Shown here piece by piece: positions 13,003 through 26,100 of a stretch of DNA of 46,349 nucleotides. Every line of letters begins with the position of its first letter. Positions within the stretch are counted from its first letter, which is position 1. The translations under genes were made by a program, and so were the position numbers. The stretch is from NCBI GenBank assembly GCA_001724265.1, contig MEDY01000361.1, positions 1-46,349 on the forward strand. Reading direction: 5' to 3'. This DNA comes from Rhizaria sp. SCN 62-66. Lineage: Eukaryota. Under the pieces are notes generated by a model. The model was not told the DNA's origin, did no database searches, and saw nothing but the letters and a program-made list of their open reading frames with translations.

Positions 13003-13598
13003 CTTGGCGTTGTCAGTGCTCGGCGAGAGCTGCATCAGCGCTTTGCCCGCGACCGGGATCGGCAGTGTAAGTGCCGTTGGTGGAGGCAGGGGGTACTTCG
13101 AGTACTTCGTGAGCAGCGCGTCAGAGATACGCTCGCTCCCACTCGGGCCGTCAGCGTCTAAGGGGGTACTTAGACGACTCTGGCGGTTCGAGGTGAAGGG
13201 CGTGGTCGCTTCGGCGGCGACCGTAAGCAGCGCCAGCACCAGCGCAGTGATGTCAGTGAGCGCGTGAGGAGCCGCGGCCGTGGCTTCGGCGGCGGTGGAC
13301 AAGTTGGCAAACGCGCCGAGTGCGGGGGCGCGTTTTGCGAGAGCAACACTGTCAACGACGCCTATTGCAGCGCTCGCAGCGGCAGTCGCAGCGGCAGCAG
13401 TTGCCGCAGCCGCGTCAGCGCTCGTCGCGGAGCCATTGCCCGCGCTGCCAGAGCCGGCGCTAGCCTTGCGGGCGTTCGCGCCGCCGTTCGCGCTGCTGTT
13501 GGGGCCGTAACTTGAGTGAAACGGCGACGCGACGGCAAACAAAGCAGCCGCCGCAGCCTTCTTGGTCACAGTGTTGCAACCACTGTTGCTGTTGTCAC

Positions 13599-13692
<94 letters not shown>

Positions 13693-16463
13693 GGCGCCGA
13701 GGCCGCCCCGGCCGCCCTTGCCCCTCCTGCCAGGCACTGAGGAGGTACTTAGACTCTGCGCCGGGGGCGAGCCGCTCTGGCCCGGCGCCGCGGCGCTCGT
13801 GCCTTCTGGCGGGGTACTTGGACTTCGTAAGGGGGCGCACGCGCCGTAGCGGGGCGTGAGGTCGGCGTGGTCGGCCGAGTCGGACGCGTACGCCGTCGCG
13901 GCTGACAGGGGGAACAAGTGAATGTACGTGTAGTGCTTCTTGGCCGCGCTGCTGCTGTTCGCGACGGCGATTGCGCCAGGGTTCGTGTTGGCACTGGCAG
14001 CGGCGTTGGCGTCGGCGTTTGTGCTAGTGCCGGAGTTGCCGTTCGTATTTGTGCTGCTGCTTGCAGGCGAGTCTGCGTTGACGGCTTTGTTATTGTTGTC
14101 GCTGTTGTTGTTGTTGTTGTTGTTGTTGATGCTGGGGGTGTTGGTCGTAGGGGACTGAGTGTAGAGCTTGTCGGTCGGCGTGAATGTAAGGGGTAGGGCA
14201 CTTACATTGGGCTCGACATCTTCGCTGACGACAAAGCCGACACTCTGGACTCGGCGATCATGGGCACTTACATCGGCGTCGTGGCCAGTCACGGAGGCGT
14301 TCACAGTCGGGCCAACAACGTCCGGGACACTTACATTGGCCTGTGACAGCGAGGTACTTACCGCGGCAGCGCTTCCGCTCACTGATGCACTCATAAACGA
14401 CTGAGTAATGCGCTCAATGGCCCTTAAACCGGCACTGGCCTTTACACCAGCGCCGATGACCTGCAAGTTGGTGCAAGAACCCTCAATGTAAGCGCCTTCA
14501 TCAGTGTAAGTGCCGTACGTCGGGTAAGGTACGTGAGCGCCGTCAACAGCATTCGAGCCAGCGTCTTTGCTGCGATTACAGTTGTCACTGTTGCTGTTGC
14601 CGTCGCCGTAGTTGGTGTTAGCGCTATTGCAGCCGTACAGCGCCCGCAGCGGAGTGACGGGCGCGAGCGAGAGCCCCAGCGCAAGCAGCACGACGTCTTC
14701 CGCGAGCGACAAGTTGCTCACAGCCAGTGCGGTCAGACAAGAAGCCACAGGGGCGGCCCTGAGACCGGCGGAGGTCCTCGCACTCGAGCCAACCGCAACA
14801 TCAGCAGCAGAGGCAGCAGGCGCAGGCGGGCTGTTCAAACGACCCGCAGAAGCAGTGCCGGTGGCAGCGGCGGCAGCGGTAGTTGGCGACGTTCCTGCAG
14901 CCGTCGTCCGCGCCCTATTGCCAGCCGCCGCCGCGGCGGCTGCAGCGGTGGCGGCTGCAGCAGCGGCAACAGCGGCGGCATGGGTACGTTTGATCGCGGA
15001 CTCGGTGTCAGAGCCCTTGGAGTAGTCTTTGTACCGCGTCAGCAGCGGCAGCGCGGCGCACAGCTCGCATGGCAGCATCTGCTGGCCGTAGCCGTGACCG
15101 CGGGCAGAGTGACCGTGGGCAGCGGCATCAGCTGCGGTAGAGCTCGAGTCAGTGCCTGCGTTGTTGTAGCTGTTTTGGTCGCCAACGGTGCTGCTGCTGC
15201 TCTTGTGAGAGTTAGAGTGCGTTTGAGCTAAGAACACAGCTGTTTTGTACACGACCTCACGAGAGCTGTCAACAACTTCAATACTCGTACTACTAACGTC
15301 GTTGTTGTGCTTGCTCGCAGCACTCTTGGACGTCTTGGACTTGGACTTCGCAGCAGCACTCGCGCTTGAGCCAGCAGCGGCACCAGCAGCAGCACCAGCA
15401 GCAGCAGTTGCACATGCGCTGGTACTTGCCTTGTCCTTGGCTGCTGAGGCAGCCGCAGCCGCCGTCTCCGCCGTCTCAACCAGCAGCGCGGCCAGCAAGC
15501 TCAGCCCGCTTGGCAGCACCAGCGGCGGCCTAACTTCCGGCGCAGACAGCAGCTGCGACGTCGCCCCCACCTCGCCGCTCTGGAGTTGCGTCTTGAGCGC
15601 AAGGTGGGGGCTGACGGAGGCGTACTTCTTGTGCTGGAACAGCGCCAGCAGCGCCTGGGCGGTCTTGTGCGCGCGCGTGATTCCCCACAGCGGCGCCATC
15701 ACCGGCACGGGAATCGGGCAGCTTGACCGAGGAAGGTATTTCTTGTACAAACTACCGAGCGGAACCTTGTTTTTGACTGGGAAAAGCTCATGTTCAGGCA
15801 GCAGCGGTGTGGCGCGCACGAACACGCGCGGGTCTAAGTGTCCCTTAGAGCTGCTGTCTAAATGGGTCTTGTCTGAGTAAGTGGCTTCGTAATCGGGATC
15901 AGGGTCGCTGAAAAAGGCAAGCGACTTGTACTCCTTCGGCTGACTGAGGCTGCGGCTGAGGCGCTCGCTGAAGCTGTAGCTGTCGCTCTCGGGAGCGCTT
16001 CGGTTGCCGTTGTAAAGCAGGGCTTCTGTTTGCGGCAGGATCGTTTGCGTCGCGAAGTTGAGCCGCCACGACCCAGACTGGCCCTTGCTGCGGCCGTAGG
16101 GCTGTAGGTTGCACGACTTCAGCTGCGCCTCTAACTGCGACTGCGGCTGCGCCCGCTGCTGTTGCTGTTGCTGTTTGAAGTGGTTCACCAGAGCGAACGA
16201 CTTGCGTGACTGCGCGCTGTACTGGTTGATGAACGGGCAGTCGAGCAGCGAGTCGGTCGCCACAAGCGCTCGCGTCGCAGCGCCCCCACCGCCGCCGCCG
16301 CCGTCCGCTCCCGCAGGCGCGGCCGTTTGCACCAGAGTCTGCGAGACGAAGGGGAAGACCTTGACGCTGTAGCGCGTGACAGAGCTCGTCCCAAATGCAT
16401 CGCCGCCGAGGGACTGGATGTTCGCCACAACACCGCCCAGGCCGCTGCTGCTGGCGCTGTTTC

Positions 16464-16509
<46 letters not shown>

Positions 16510-19500
16510 GCTAGAACTCGAGCTAGAGTTGGTGCTTGCGGTTTTGACGCGCGTCGCAGGCGCGCTGATCTCCACGACATCGTCGTCGTCACTGCGCAGA
16601 GCTTCGTCAGGGCTCGCCGAGCTAGTATTATTAGCACGCACATTGCTCTTGTTGCTATTGCGGTCATCGTCGTCCATGTCCCTGTCATTGTCGACGTCGT
16701 TGCCAGCCGCAGCCTCGCTCTGGCTCTGGCTCAGGTAAATGGGTTCGGCCTGGCTCTGACCTGCGCTCTGGCTCAGACTATGAATGGCGCTCTGGCCCAG
16801 ACTCTGAGCGCGGCTCAAGCTCTGCGACTTGCTGGCACTCTTGTTGTTCGCACTCTTCGCCTTAGCAGCAGCAGCGGCAGCGGCGTGTGCAGCAGCGGCT
16901 GTCTTACCTTTGCCCTTGCCATTACTATTACTCCCATTCGCTTCCGCCGCCGCCGCAGCAGCAGCAGCAGCAACAGGAGCAGCAGTTTGACAGCGTGCGT
17001 GGCTGAGGCAGGCCCGCACGCTCTGCGACCCTTCGGTGTCGGCCACGGCCATTGCGGCCCCCACCACGGAGCCCGCGGCGGCTCGCGCCACCGCCGCGAG
17101 CATTGGCACGTGCACGCTGGACTTAAACAGCAGCGCGAGGAAGTGGCGGCGGCGCGCGGCGGCGGCGGCGGCGGCCGTGGCGGCCGCGTGGCGGGCCCGC
17201 GCGCGCCGCTCGGCTTCGGCGGCCTCTTCCTCCGCCGCGGCGGCCACGGCGGCGGCGGCCACAGCGGCGGCGGCCACGGCGGCGGGGGCGGCCGCAGTCG
17301 CAGTCGCGTCGGCGTTTCTACCGCTGCCGCTGCCGCTACTGCTGGAGCTGCTGCAGTGCGTCAGTGCGGGCAGCGGCAGCGAGTTCTGGCTGAAGCCGGC
17401 GCCGGTCGAGCCGCTGCCGCCACCAGTGGGATGCGAGTGATACTGCAGGGACGGAAGGTTGCGGCCGTGCTGGTGGTGACCGGACACCGCAGAGAGGGGC
17501 TCCAGCGGGGGCGGGGCGTCTGCGTCATCGTCGTCACCGAAAAAGCCGCCGCTGGCGACGACAGCGGTCGGAGTGAACCCGTCGAAACCAAGGCCAGCCG
17601 ATACAGTGCGAGAGGTTTTGGGGATGACGAGAACGAGGGCCTTGCTGGCGCTCTCAGGCGCGCTGGCGTTGCTTTGCGACCCCGCCTTCGCTGGCGAAAA
17701 CGCAAACGGATGCGCGTTGCCGCCGACCGCGTTGTTCGTATCCCCGGCGTTCGGGAGACTTACAAGTGCCGTCGCCGTCGCCGACGACGATGACGACAAG
17801 CGGACCGGTGATTCGTGGCTGCCGCGCGCGCTGCCGATCGCGCGGCTCGCCGCGCTGTCCGAGACGGTCACTACGCCCACAGTCACGACGTCATCGTCCC
17901 GCTCCCCGCGTTCTCCGCGTTCTCCCCGCGCGCGGTGCCGCGTCGGCGTCGCCGGCGCCGCGGAGGTCCGGATCGCGCCACCCTCCTTCTTCACGCGCAC
18001 CGCCGGGCCCGTGCCCGAGGCTGCGGCTGCGGCGGCTGCGGCGGCGGCGGCGGGCGAGATGGCGCCCGACTGCGTGTAGACGTTGTTGTGCGATGAGCAC
18101 ACTGGCCGAGGCTGGTTGGCGGCGGCGGTGGCAGCGGCGGCGGCGGCCGCGGCGGCAGCGGCCCGGTTGCTGACGCTGCCGTTGGCGTTCGGGCGAGGGT
18201 TGACAGGATTCGTGTTGGCGCCCTGGAAGGTGTTAGAGTTGACTGGCATGTTGGCGAAAGGGTCTTTATAGCCCGGGATACTGAGATCCGCCGGCAAGGG
18301 GAAGGCTAAGGGTGCTGGGGCGGGGGAAGTCAAATCGTATCCAGCAGTGAGACACATATTAGAGACTGACTGCGCGGCCAGGGCACTTAAGCGATCTAAG
18401 TACGCCTCGGGGTCTGAGGGGACACTTGCATTACTCGCAGCAGAGCTCGAACGAGAGCTGAGGCTACTGCTCGTCTTGCTCCTGTCAGCAACCGTGAGAA
18501 CTCCGTTTCCGATGACGCCACGAGCGTTACTGGCGACGGCGCTGCTGACGGCGCTGCTGACGGCGCTGCTGTTGCTGTAGACTCCGTTAGCGGTGCTGCC
18601 AGCGTTGACGGCAGCGATGGACTTGTAGAGCTCGCCCGCAGCTTGAGTCAGTCCCCCCGCGCCGGATTCAAGCACGAAGCTCGCCGCAGCCGCCGTCGCG
18701 ACCACGGCGGCGGCCGAGGTGGGTGTAAGTACCCACGCCACGAGGGCGTCTAAGTACCTCCGGGCCCTGGCGCGGGCGTTGAGCGCGGCGCCGAGCTCGA
18801 TCACAGTGTGGTAGGTAAAGACGCCCAGTTCGCGGGCCTCAGTCTCGCGAGCGTTCTGTGCCGCTTTCGGCGCGTTGCTACCGCCGCCGGGGGCGGTACT
18901 AAGACGGTGTAAGTACACGGTCGTGGCCGCAGTGCGCGCGGCAGAGATGATGACGTAGTCATTCGGATTGAGGCCGGCGTAGAGAAGAGACTTCTCAGGA
19001 TTCGCGCTCTTTTTGCTCTTCTTCGCACGAGCGACATCAGTGCCAGCGCCGTTCGTGGCAGCTGCAGCAGCTGTAGCAGCAGGAGTTGCGGTGACGTCGT
19101 CAGTCATCGCAACGCCTCCGGCACTCTCACTCTCAGCGCCTGCGGCAGAAGTCGGGCTACTGCTACTGCTGCTGCTGCTGTTGTTGTAGCCAGAGTCGAG
19201 GCCCAAAAAAGCCATCACGCGTAGTTCAACCTCCAAGTTCGCCTCTTTTTCACCGGCACTTACGCTTGCAGCAGCAGCAGTCGCATTCGCGGTGATCTTG
19301 CTCGCGTCGCCGCTATTCGCAGTCGTCAGGTCGACGCTGCTGCCGGCGTCGTTGCCGTGGCCACTCTTGCTGGCAATCATAGCCGCCTCCGCCGCCAGCA
19401 GCGCGCTGACCACGCCTTTGCCCCACAGCAGCGTCACCGCCGCGGCGGTCTCGGCCTCGGCCTGCCGCACCGCGGCGGCAGCCAGCGGCAGCAGCACCGA

Positions 19501-22500
19501 CAGCGGCAGCGGCAGCGGCAGAGAGGCGTCAGGGGCGATGGGCAAAGGACACATCAGCATCGGCAACTGATCGAGTATATCGCTCGCACTTGCATTCGCA
19601 CTCGTTTTATCACTGGCAATAGAGCTGCTGCTGCTCGGGGTTGAGTTCTTGTCAGCTTTGCCGTTGTTGGTCACACTAGCGCTATTGTTCATCCTAGTGA
19701 CGGAGTCTGACGAGAGCGGTTTGATCGCCTCGCGGGCCTCTGCTGGAGACATTTGGTACATTTCCTCGTAGCCCGGCGCACATGCAACTCCACTCACCAT
19801 ATCGACGACAATGCTGCTGTTGCTGCTGCCGACACGGGAGCTGGAGCGAGGGCTCGAAGCCTCAGAGCCACCAGACGCCTTGGCGCTCGGCCCATTTGTT
19901 CTCGCGCCAGCACTAGCGTGCGCGTGAGCGTTGCGCGAGGGATGCTGCTGGATGCGGACGACGGGCGCTGACAGCGGCGGCGGCGCCGTCAGAAACAGCG
20001 CCGGGATCGTCGGCGGCGGCAGCCACAGGTCAACGGGCTTGGTGTAGATCAACACGCCGGGCTTGCGCAGGAAGCCGGGTCGGACGCGCGGCACGGCGGC
20101 GCTCACATCGGCGTCCGCGTCAGTATGGGGGAGGCGGGGAACGCGGTCGCGGTCGCCGTCGGAGTCGGAGCCGGAGTCCGACTCGGTTTCAGACGACAGC
20201 AGCGCCGAGTGCGGACGCGAGCGCGAGCGTGCGTGTCCAGCCGCTGGCGCTGCCGCCGCCGCCGCAGCAGCAGTTGCGCTGCTGTCCGCAGAGGCGCCGG
20301 CGCCGGCGCCGTTGTAGGTCAGCTGCAGAGCTTTCTGCTGGTCGCGCTGCTGCAGTTTGAACAGCAGCCGCTGCCGCCGCCGCCGCTGCCGCCACTCGCT
20401 GTCGGAGTCGCTGTCACTGCCGACCGCCTCCCCGCCCGCCCGCGCCCGCGTCCGCGCGCGCGCCCGCGCGCGCGCTCCGGCGCTGTCGTCGCTGTCGTCA
20501 GCGATGCTCTCGCCGTCGTCGGAGTTGCTGCCGTTTCTGGAGTTGTTTTGTGAGTGCTTGTTCAGGTAGTGGGTGACGAGTTTGCTCGTGCCGGCAGCAC
20601 GCTCGCTCGCGCGGGTCTGCCGGCGGCGTAACTTGCGCGCGCGGCTTAGCTTCTGGCTCTCGTCGTCGCTGGCACCATCGCGGCCACGACGGCCACGTTC
20701 ACGGTCTCGCCTACGGTCACGGTCCCGGTCCCGGTCCCGGTCCCGGTCCCGGTCCCGGTCACGATGACGGTCACGGTAACCGTGTTTGTCTCTTTTGTCC
20801 TTCTTGCTTGCTTTGTCTTTCTTCTTGTGACTGTGAGCGGCAGAGTGACCGTGAGCAGAGCGACCGTGGGCTGAGCTCCTCTACACAGTCGTGCGAGACT
20901 GTGAATGTGACCGTGAGCGCGCCTACGACTGCGTGCCCGAGGAGGTGCTTCCGCGTCCCGCCTAACTGCTGCTTGCACCGTGGTTGCCGCCGTCATCGTC
21001 GTCGTCAAAGTCGTCTGTGATGATGCGGCGGCGGCGGACAACGGGGCCGACAACATCATCACCGTCGTCATTAGATTTTGCGCCAGCACCCGCACCGGCC
21101 CTGCTCTTGCTCTTGCTGCTGCTGCCGCTACGACCGCTTTTCTTCGACTTGCTCCGAGCACGAACAATGTCACTGTCGTCGTCATCATCGCCGCTGTTGT
21201 CGGAAAGCACACGCTTCAGCCTCCGCGAGCTGCCGCCACTGCTGTGCGTCTTCTGCCTCGCAGTCCTCGCCGTCGCCTTGCCCGTGGAGCCTTCTTCGTC
21301 AGAGACGAACTCGAAGCTGTCGGAGCTCGTCTCCGAGGAGCTGGCGCTGTCGCTCTCGCTGTCGCTGTAGCTGCTCGAGCCCGTCTCGCTGTCGTCGCTG
21401 CTGCTCGAGGTGCCGGACCGCGAGCCGTCGTGGTAATTATCGTCGCCGTCGCCGCCGTCGGAGACCACAAACCCTTCTAAGTCCTCCTCCTGGCGGGCCT
21501 GCGACAGGTCTAAATACCCCTTAGCTGCGCCACCCTTAGCCGACTTGGGGATCGCGCTCACCGTCACCTGCTGCTTCTTCTTCTGCGGCTGCGGGCTCAG
21601 CTGTTGCTGAGTTTTGATCTCCTTTTGCCGCTGCAACTGTGCAGTCGCGTGCGCCCAAAAACGGCCCGCGCGCTCGTTGCCGCCGCCGCTGCCACTGCCG
21701 CTGCCGCTGCTGAGGCTCCCGCTGTCGTTGGCGTTCCAAGCAGAGCCGGAGTGCGCGGTGGCTGCGTTCGCGTGAGCGTTGGAGTTGGAGTTAGCGTGGC
21801 TTGAGGAAGACGAGGATGCAGCAGCGACAGCGGCGTGCCAGGCGTTGTTGGCGGCTTGGTTCAAGTTGCTGCCGCTGCCACTGGCACTGACGGTAGGTTT
21901 GCTCTTAGCTTTACTGCTGCTCACGCTGGGGCCAGAGACAGTCGTAGCAGCGGTGTTAGATTTGATATTCCGACGATCGTCATCGCCGTTGTTGGAGTCG
22001 CGGTCGCGGTTGCGCAGCGGCTGCTTGCCGCCCGCGCTCTTGTTGCCGCGCTGCAGTTGCAACTGCGGCTGCAACAGCGACAGCGACAGCGACTCAGCGG
22101 CTGCGGCTGCATTGGGGTCAAGCTGCGTGTCGCTGTTGCGCCAGACGTCGCCGCCCATCACCACGCCCGTCACCCAGCCCGTCGCCGCGGGCGTGGGGCG
22201 GAAGAACGCACTCGAGCTCGAACTGGCGCTGCTGCTGGCGGAGGCGGCAACGGGAGGGCGGGTGGGGCTAGGGGGGTAGGAGGCGTAGGCTGTGGGCAGG
22301 ATAGGAGGGCCCGCGGGGGGCCGCGGCCGGTCGTCGTCGGTGTCGGTGCTCGAGGAGTCGGAGTCGGAGTCGGAGCTGGTGCTGGAGCTGCCAGAGCCGG
22401 AGCCGGAGCCGGAGCCAGAGCTGGAGTCAGAGCTGGTCGAGTCGGATTCGGTGTCCGCAGCGGCTGCAGCGGCGGCGGAGTTAGCTGTTCTGGCGCGGGG

Positions 22501-22629
22501 CGGCGTGCGTGCGGTTTTAGACGCGCGGGGCGTAACGAGCGTAACGTCAGAATCGTTGTCAGAATCGAGCGATATAGCGCGCGACGCGGGCAAAGTGCCA
22601 CGGCGCGGGGTCCTCGGCTGCGAGCTCAT
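9220..22629 (-). CDS. Giant (~4469 aa) low-complexity Ala/Ser/Asn-rich protein of unknown function with 3 in-frame TAG codons (20962-20964, 20923-20925, 20881-20883) read as sense
   Basis: ORFs 20962..22689 and 9220..20106 share one frame. Manual translation of the gap finds only three TAGs and coherent low-complexity coding (RDRDRD, KKKDK). First ATG at 22629 (MSSQPRTPRR); ends in TAA at 9220. No AT-rich intron in the gap. An acceptor-like T-tract+CAG near 22669 may indicate a 5' intron upstream. Confidence 0.75.
13600..13692 (-). repeat. (AAC)~31 microsatellite encoding poly-Asn in the giant gene
   Basis: Perfect GTT repeat on the + strand. Confidence 0.95.
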
Positions 22630-23117
22630 GGCGCCAAGGTCCGTGCGATTTAGAGGTAGTGCGTGCTGCTGGTACAAACAAAAACACAAAAATATAATAC
22701 AAAAGTCAGTATAAATTTACGAAAAGTAGATAAAAGCAGTAACAACGGTTGTTTGAAGCCACTGCAGTGTCATCTCAGTCAGCTGAATCGTGGCGCGCCA
22801 ACTCGCCACCGCTGCGAAAAAATGTGGCCACACTTTGCCGCCCTCAAGCATGATCTTATTCATTGATCTCACTGCACTTCTATCGTAAAATTGTGACAGC
22901 GCTTCGTAAATAAACGTGTATTATAACATTTTTACATGAGTATTTAATTATATCTCTTACAAGAGTTGTATATCTTGTCATCCCACTCCATTTCTCTCGG
23001 TCCCTCCCCGAGTGAAGATTTGGCTTTCGCGTTCTCTCGCTTGCTCCAACTCCCTCACTCAGTTCCCGCTTCGGTCTTCACGCCAGCCTGTGCCCGGCGC
23101 ACGGTGTGCGCTTTGCC
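22630..23117. promoter_or_regulatory. Short divergent (head-to-head) intergenic region, probable bidirectional promoter
   Basis: 488 bp with AT-rich stretches between divergent ATGs at 22629(-) and 23118(+). Contains TGGCGCGCCA (22791..22800) and TTTGCCGC (22834..22841), which resemble E2F sites. Confidence 0.45.
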
Positions 23118-26100
23118 ATGGCCGACTCTCCCGGCGGCGCTGACAGCGACCACCTGTTCTCCCAGTCGCTCTCGCAGTGCCCTGCCGACTTGTTCCTGGC
23201 TACGTGCAACGAAACCATCAGCAGCGGCTTCCGCGGCGGCATCGACAGCGACAGCGACGGGGGCGGTTGTGGCGACGACGCACACAGTATTGATGACCTT
23301 GGCAGCCAAGCCGACAGCGACGCAGGGCTCAGCGGGCTCGACCTCTCGCCCTATGCCCAAATGGCAGCTACCGCCGCCGCCGCCGCTGCCGCTGCCGCCG
23401 CCGCTGCCGCTGGAACAGCCGAGGCTGATGCTGATGCTGAGACGGAGGTTGATTCCTAGACTGACGACGGCGCGAGTCTGGGCTCTGACGCCCGCGTCGC
23501 CGTTGCCGGCCCCCCGCTGCCTCCAACTCGCAACAGCAACAGCTACAACAATCACAGCTTCACTCTAAGCAACAGCAGTTCTTTTATTGACATTGCTGGT
23601 GATGACGATAGCAGTCAGCTGCAGTCACCGTTGCAGTCTCAATCTCAATCGCAATTGCAATTGCAGTCGCAGTCTTCGTCTGTGATATTTGCGTTGCCAT
23701 CAAGCGATCGCAGTGATGCCCTCAGCGGCCCTAACATTAACCTTGTCGCAAACCCCGGTGGTCACCCCGCTGGTCACCCTGCTCGTCGCGACGCTCGCGG
23801 CGCCACTGGCATTGGCACGGGCACTGCCGATGGCAATATCCGAAGCCACGCTCGCGAGAGTACAAGTGGCTTTAACGGCTACTCCGACGGCTACGACGCA
23901 TCCGAGAGTCAAGCTCTCTTCACCCAGTCACAGGTGTTGTCTCAGTCTCAGCCACAGTCTCAGTTGCAGTCTCAGTCTCAGTTGCAGCTGCAGCCGCAGC
24001 CACAGCAATTGCAACGACAGCAGTTTGCGCCTCGGCAGTTCAAACGCAGTGCCTTTTCGGCTTTCAACACGAGCTACGACGCTAAGGCTCTCCTGGACGA
24101 CCTGAGCCACGATGACGACGAGCTGGAGCAAGAGCAGCAGCAGCGGCATCAGCAGTCTGTGGCCGAGTCGTATCTCGCAAAAGAGCACGGTTACTCTTCC
24201 TCCGGCGGCGAAGGCTCTTACAGCAACAGGGGCACATTTGCGAGCAGCCTCCGTCCATCGATGTTTGATGGCAGCGGGCATCACACGGACCTCGAGCTGA
24301 GCAACGATGGCGTTGGCATTACCAACCCTCGCGACGATGATGACGGCGACGACGACGAGAGTGATGTTATTACTCTCAGTGACACTGCGAGTGTCAACGA
24401 GATCACTTCGACACCGAAACCGACGAACAAGCGCGGCAGCATTGCGGTTCCTGTTGCTGCTACCGATGATGATGACAACGACAACAACAACCTGTTCAGT
24501 CAATCAACCGTTGATAGTAATGCTTTCTTCTTTGACAGGCTGAGGTCTGCCGCCACGAAGCAAGCTGCAGCGCCCGCGACCTCTCCTGCCCACGGTCACC
24601 CCGGCAAGGCCGCCTCTCCTGCCCACGGTCGCTCTGGCACCGCCGTGCGCGCGAATGACACTGCTGATGGAGGCTACGATGTGAGCGCGGGAGAGAAGTC
24701 TGCTCTTGCAAGTCCCCGCCAGGCTAATTTTAGCACGAGCAATCGCGTCCGTAGCGTTTTGGATTCAAGCCCATCGACCGCCGTTTCGGTGGCTTCAGTC
24801 AAAGACAAGATCATGCGTGACCTCACGAGTTCACGCAAGAGCAACAGCTCTACCAACAGCAATAGCTCGCGAAATGCGTTTACTGGCGGCGTTTTCGCCG
24901 CTGCTAACGATGATAACGACGAGATTGCGGTCGGAGACGACACCAAGTCAAGCCGTGCTAGGAGGCAGTTCAACTTTTCGAAGCTGCGGCGGCTTAACTT
25001 TCCCTCGTCTTACTTCGTGCGTCAACAAGAGATCCACGCGTTTCAAGAGCTAATTCTAGAGCAGCAGCAAAAGCGTGAGCAACAACAACAGCAACAACAA
25101 CAACGGCAGCAGCAGCCGAAGCAGCCGAAGCAGGAGCAAGAGGAAGAGGAAGAGGAAGACTCTCACGACCGAGAGCAAGAGCAAGAACGATCGCAGCTCC
25201 AGGCGCAGTTGCAGCTGAAGGTGTAGCAGCTGTGCCAGCGACAGAAGTTAAGCCGCGCCCAGCTGCTGCTGGTGTGCGAGCACGTGCGCGTGTTCGTCTC
25301 GAAGGCGTCGCTTCTGCAGTCGCTTACTCTTGTGCTTGCGCTCGCGAGCAACACGGTCAGTGCCGAACCAGAGGGCGTTCGCAGTGCGAGTAGTCTTCTT
25401 GACGACATTGACGGCATCACTGTGACACTGCAGGTGCCGCTTGAAGCAACAACGGCGGCAGCAGCAGCAAAGGGGGAGACATCAGTATCAGCGACAAGGA
25501 GTGAGCAAAAACAACACGAGTCGAAGTTGTCGGCGTCAATTGTTACCTTAACTCTGACTCAATGGCTGTGCTTTGTGGCGAAAACTATTGCAACTAGCAT
25601 ATCAACAACAACAACATCAACAGCTAGCTCAGAAAGTAAAAGCAGCAGCGGTTCTTCAAGCTCGGTGACTCATTATGCAAATTTCCTTGGTTTAAGCGTT
25701 AATTCAAGCGTGCAAGAGCTGATCTCTCACTTTACGCAGTCGTTGTCATCGCATCTAAGCCCTTCTTTAGAGCTTAGCCAGCAGAACACCGGCGGAGACA
25801 CTGTTCTCAGCACGCTCTCTCTGCTGCACGCGTTGACCGTGCTGCCCTGCTCCGTTCTCGGCCTTGTCGCGGCGCTAGCGCTGGCGTCCCGGCCATTCCC
25901 GTTCCCCCAAGCTCCCCGTTACACGAGCGCGATCCCGAGCGCAAGCGCAACCGGCAGCAAAATCAGCTCTCGCAAGAACACGAAGGCTCACTTTAGTAGC
26001 AGCGGCAGCGACATGAGTGGTTGCGACAACGACGACGACGATGACCGCGGATCCGCTCCCGCGTCCGTGTCTGTGCTGTCATTCTTCCCCTCCGTCGCGG

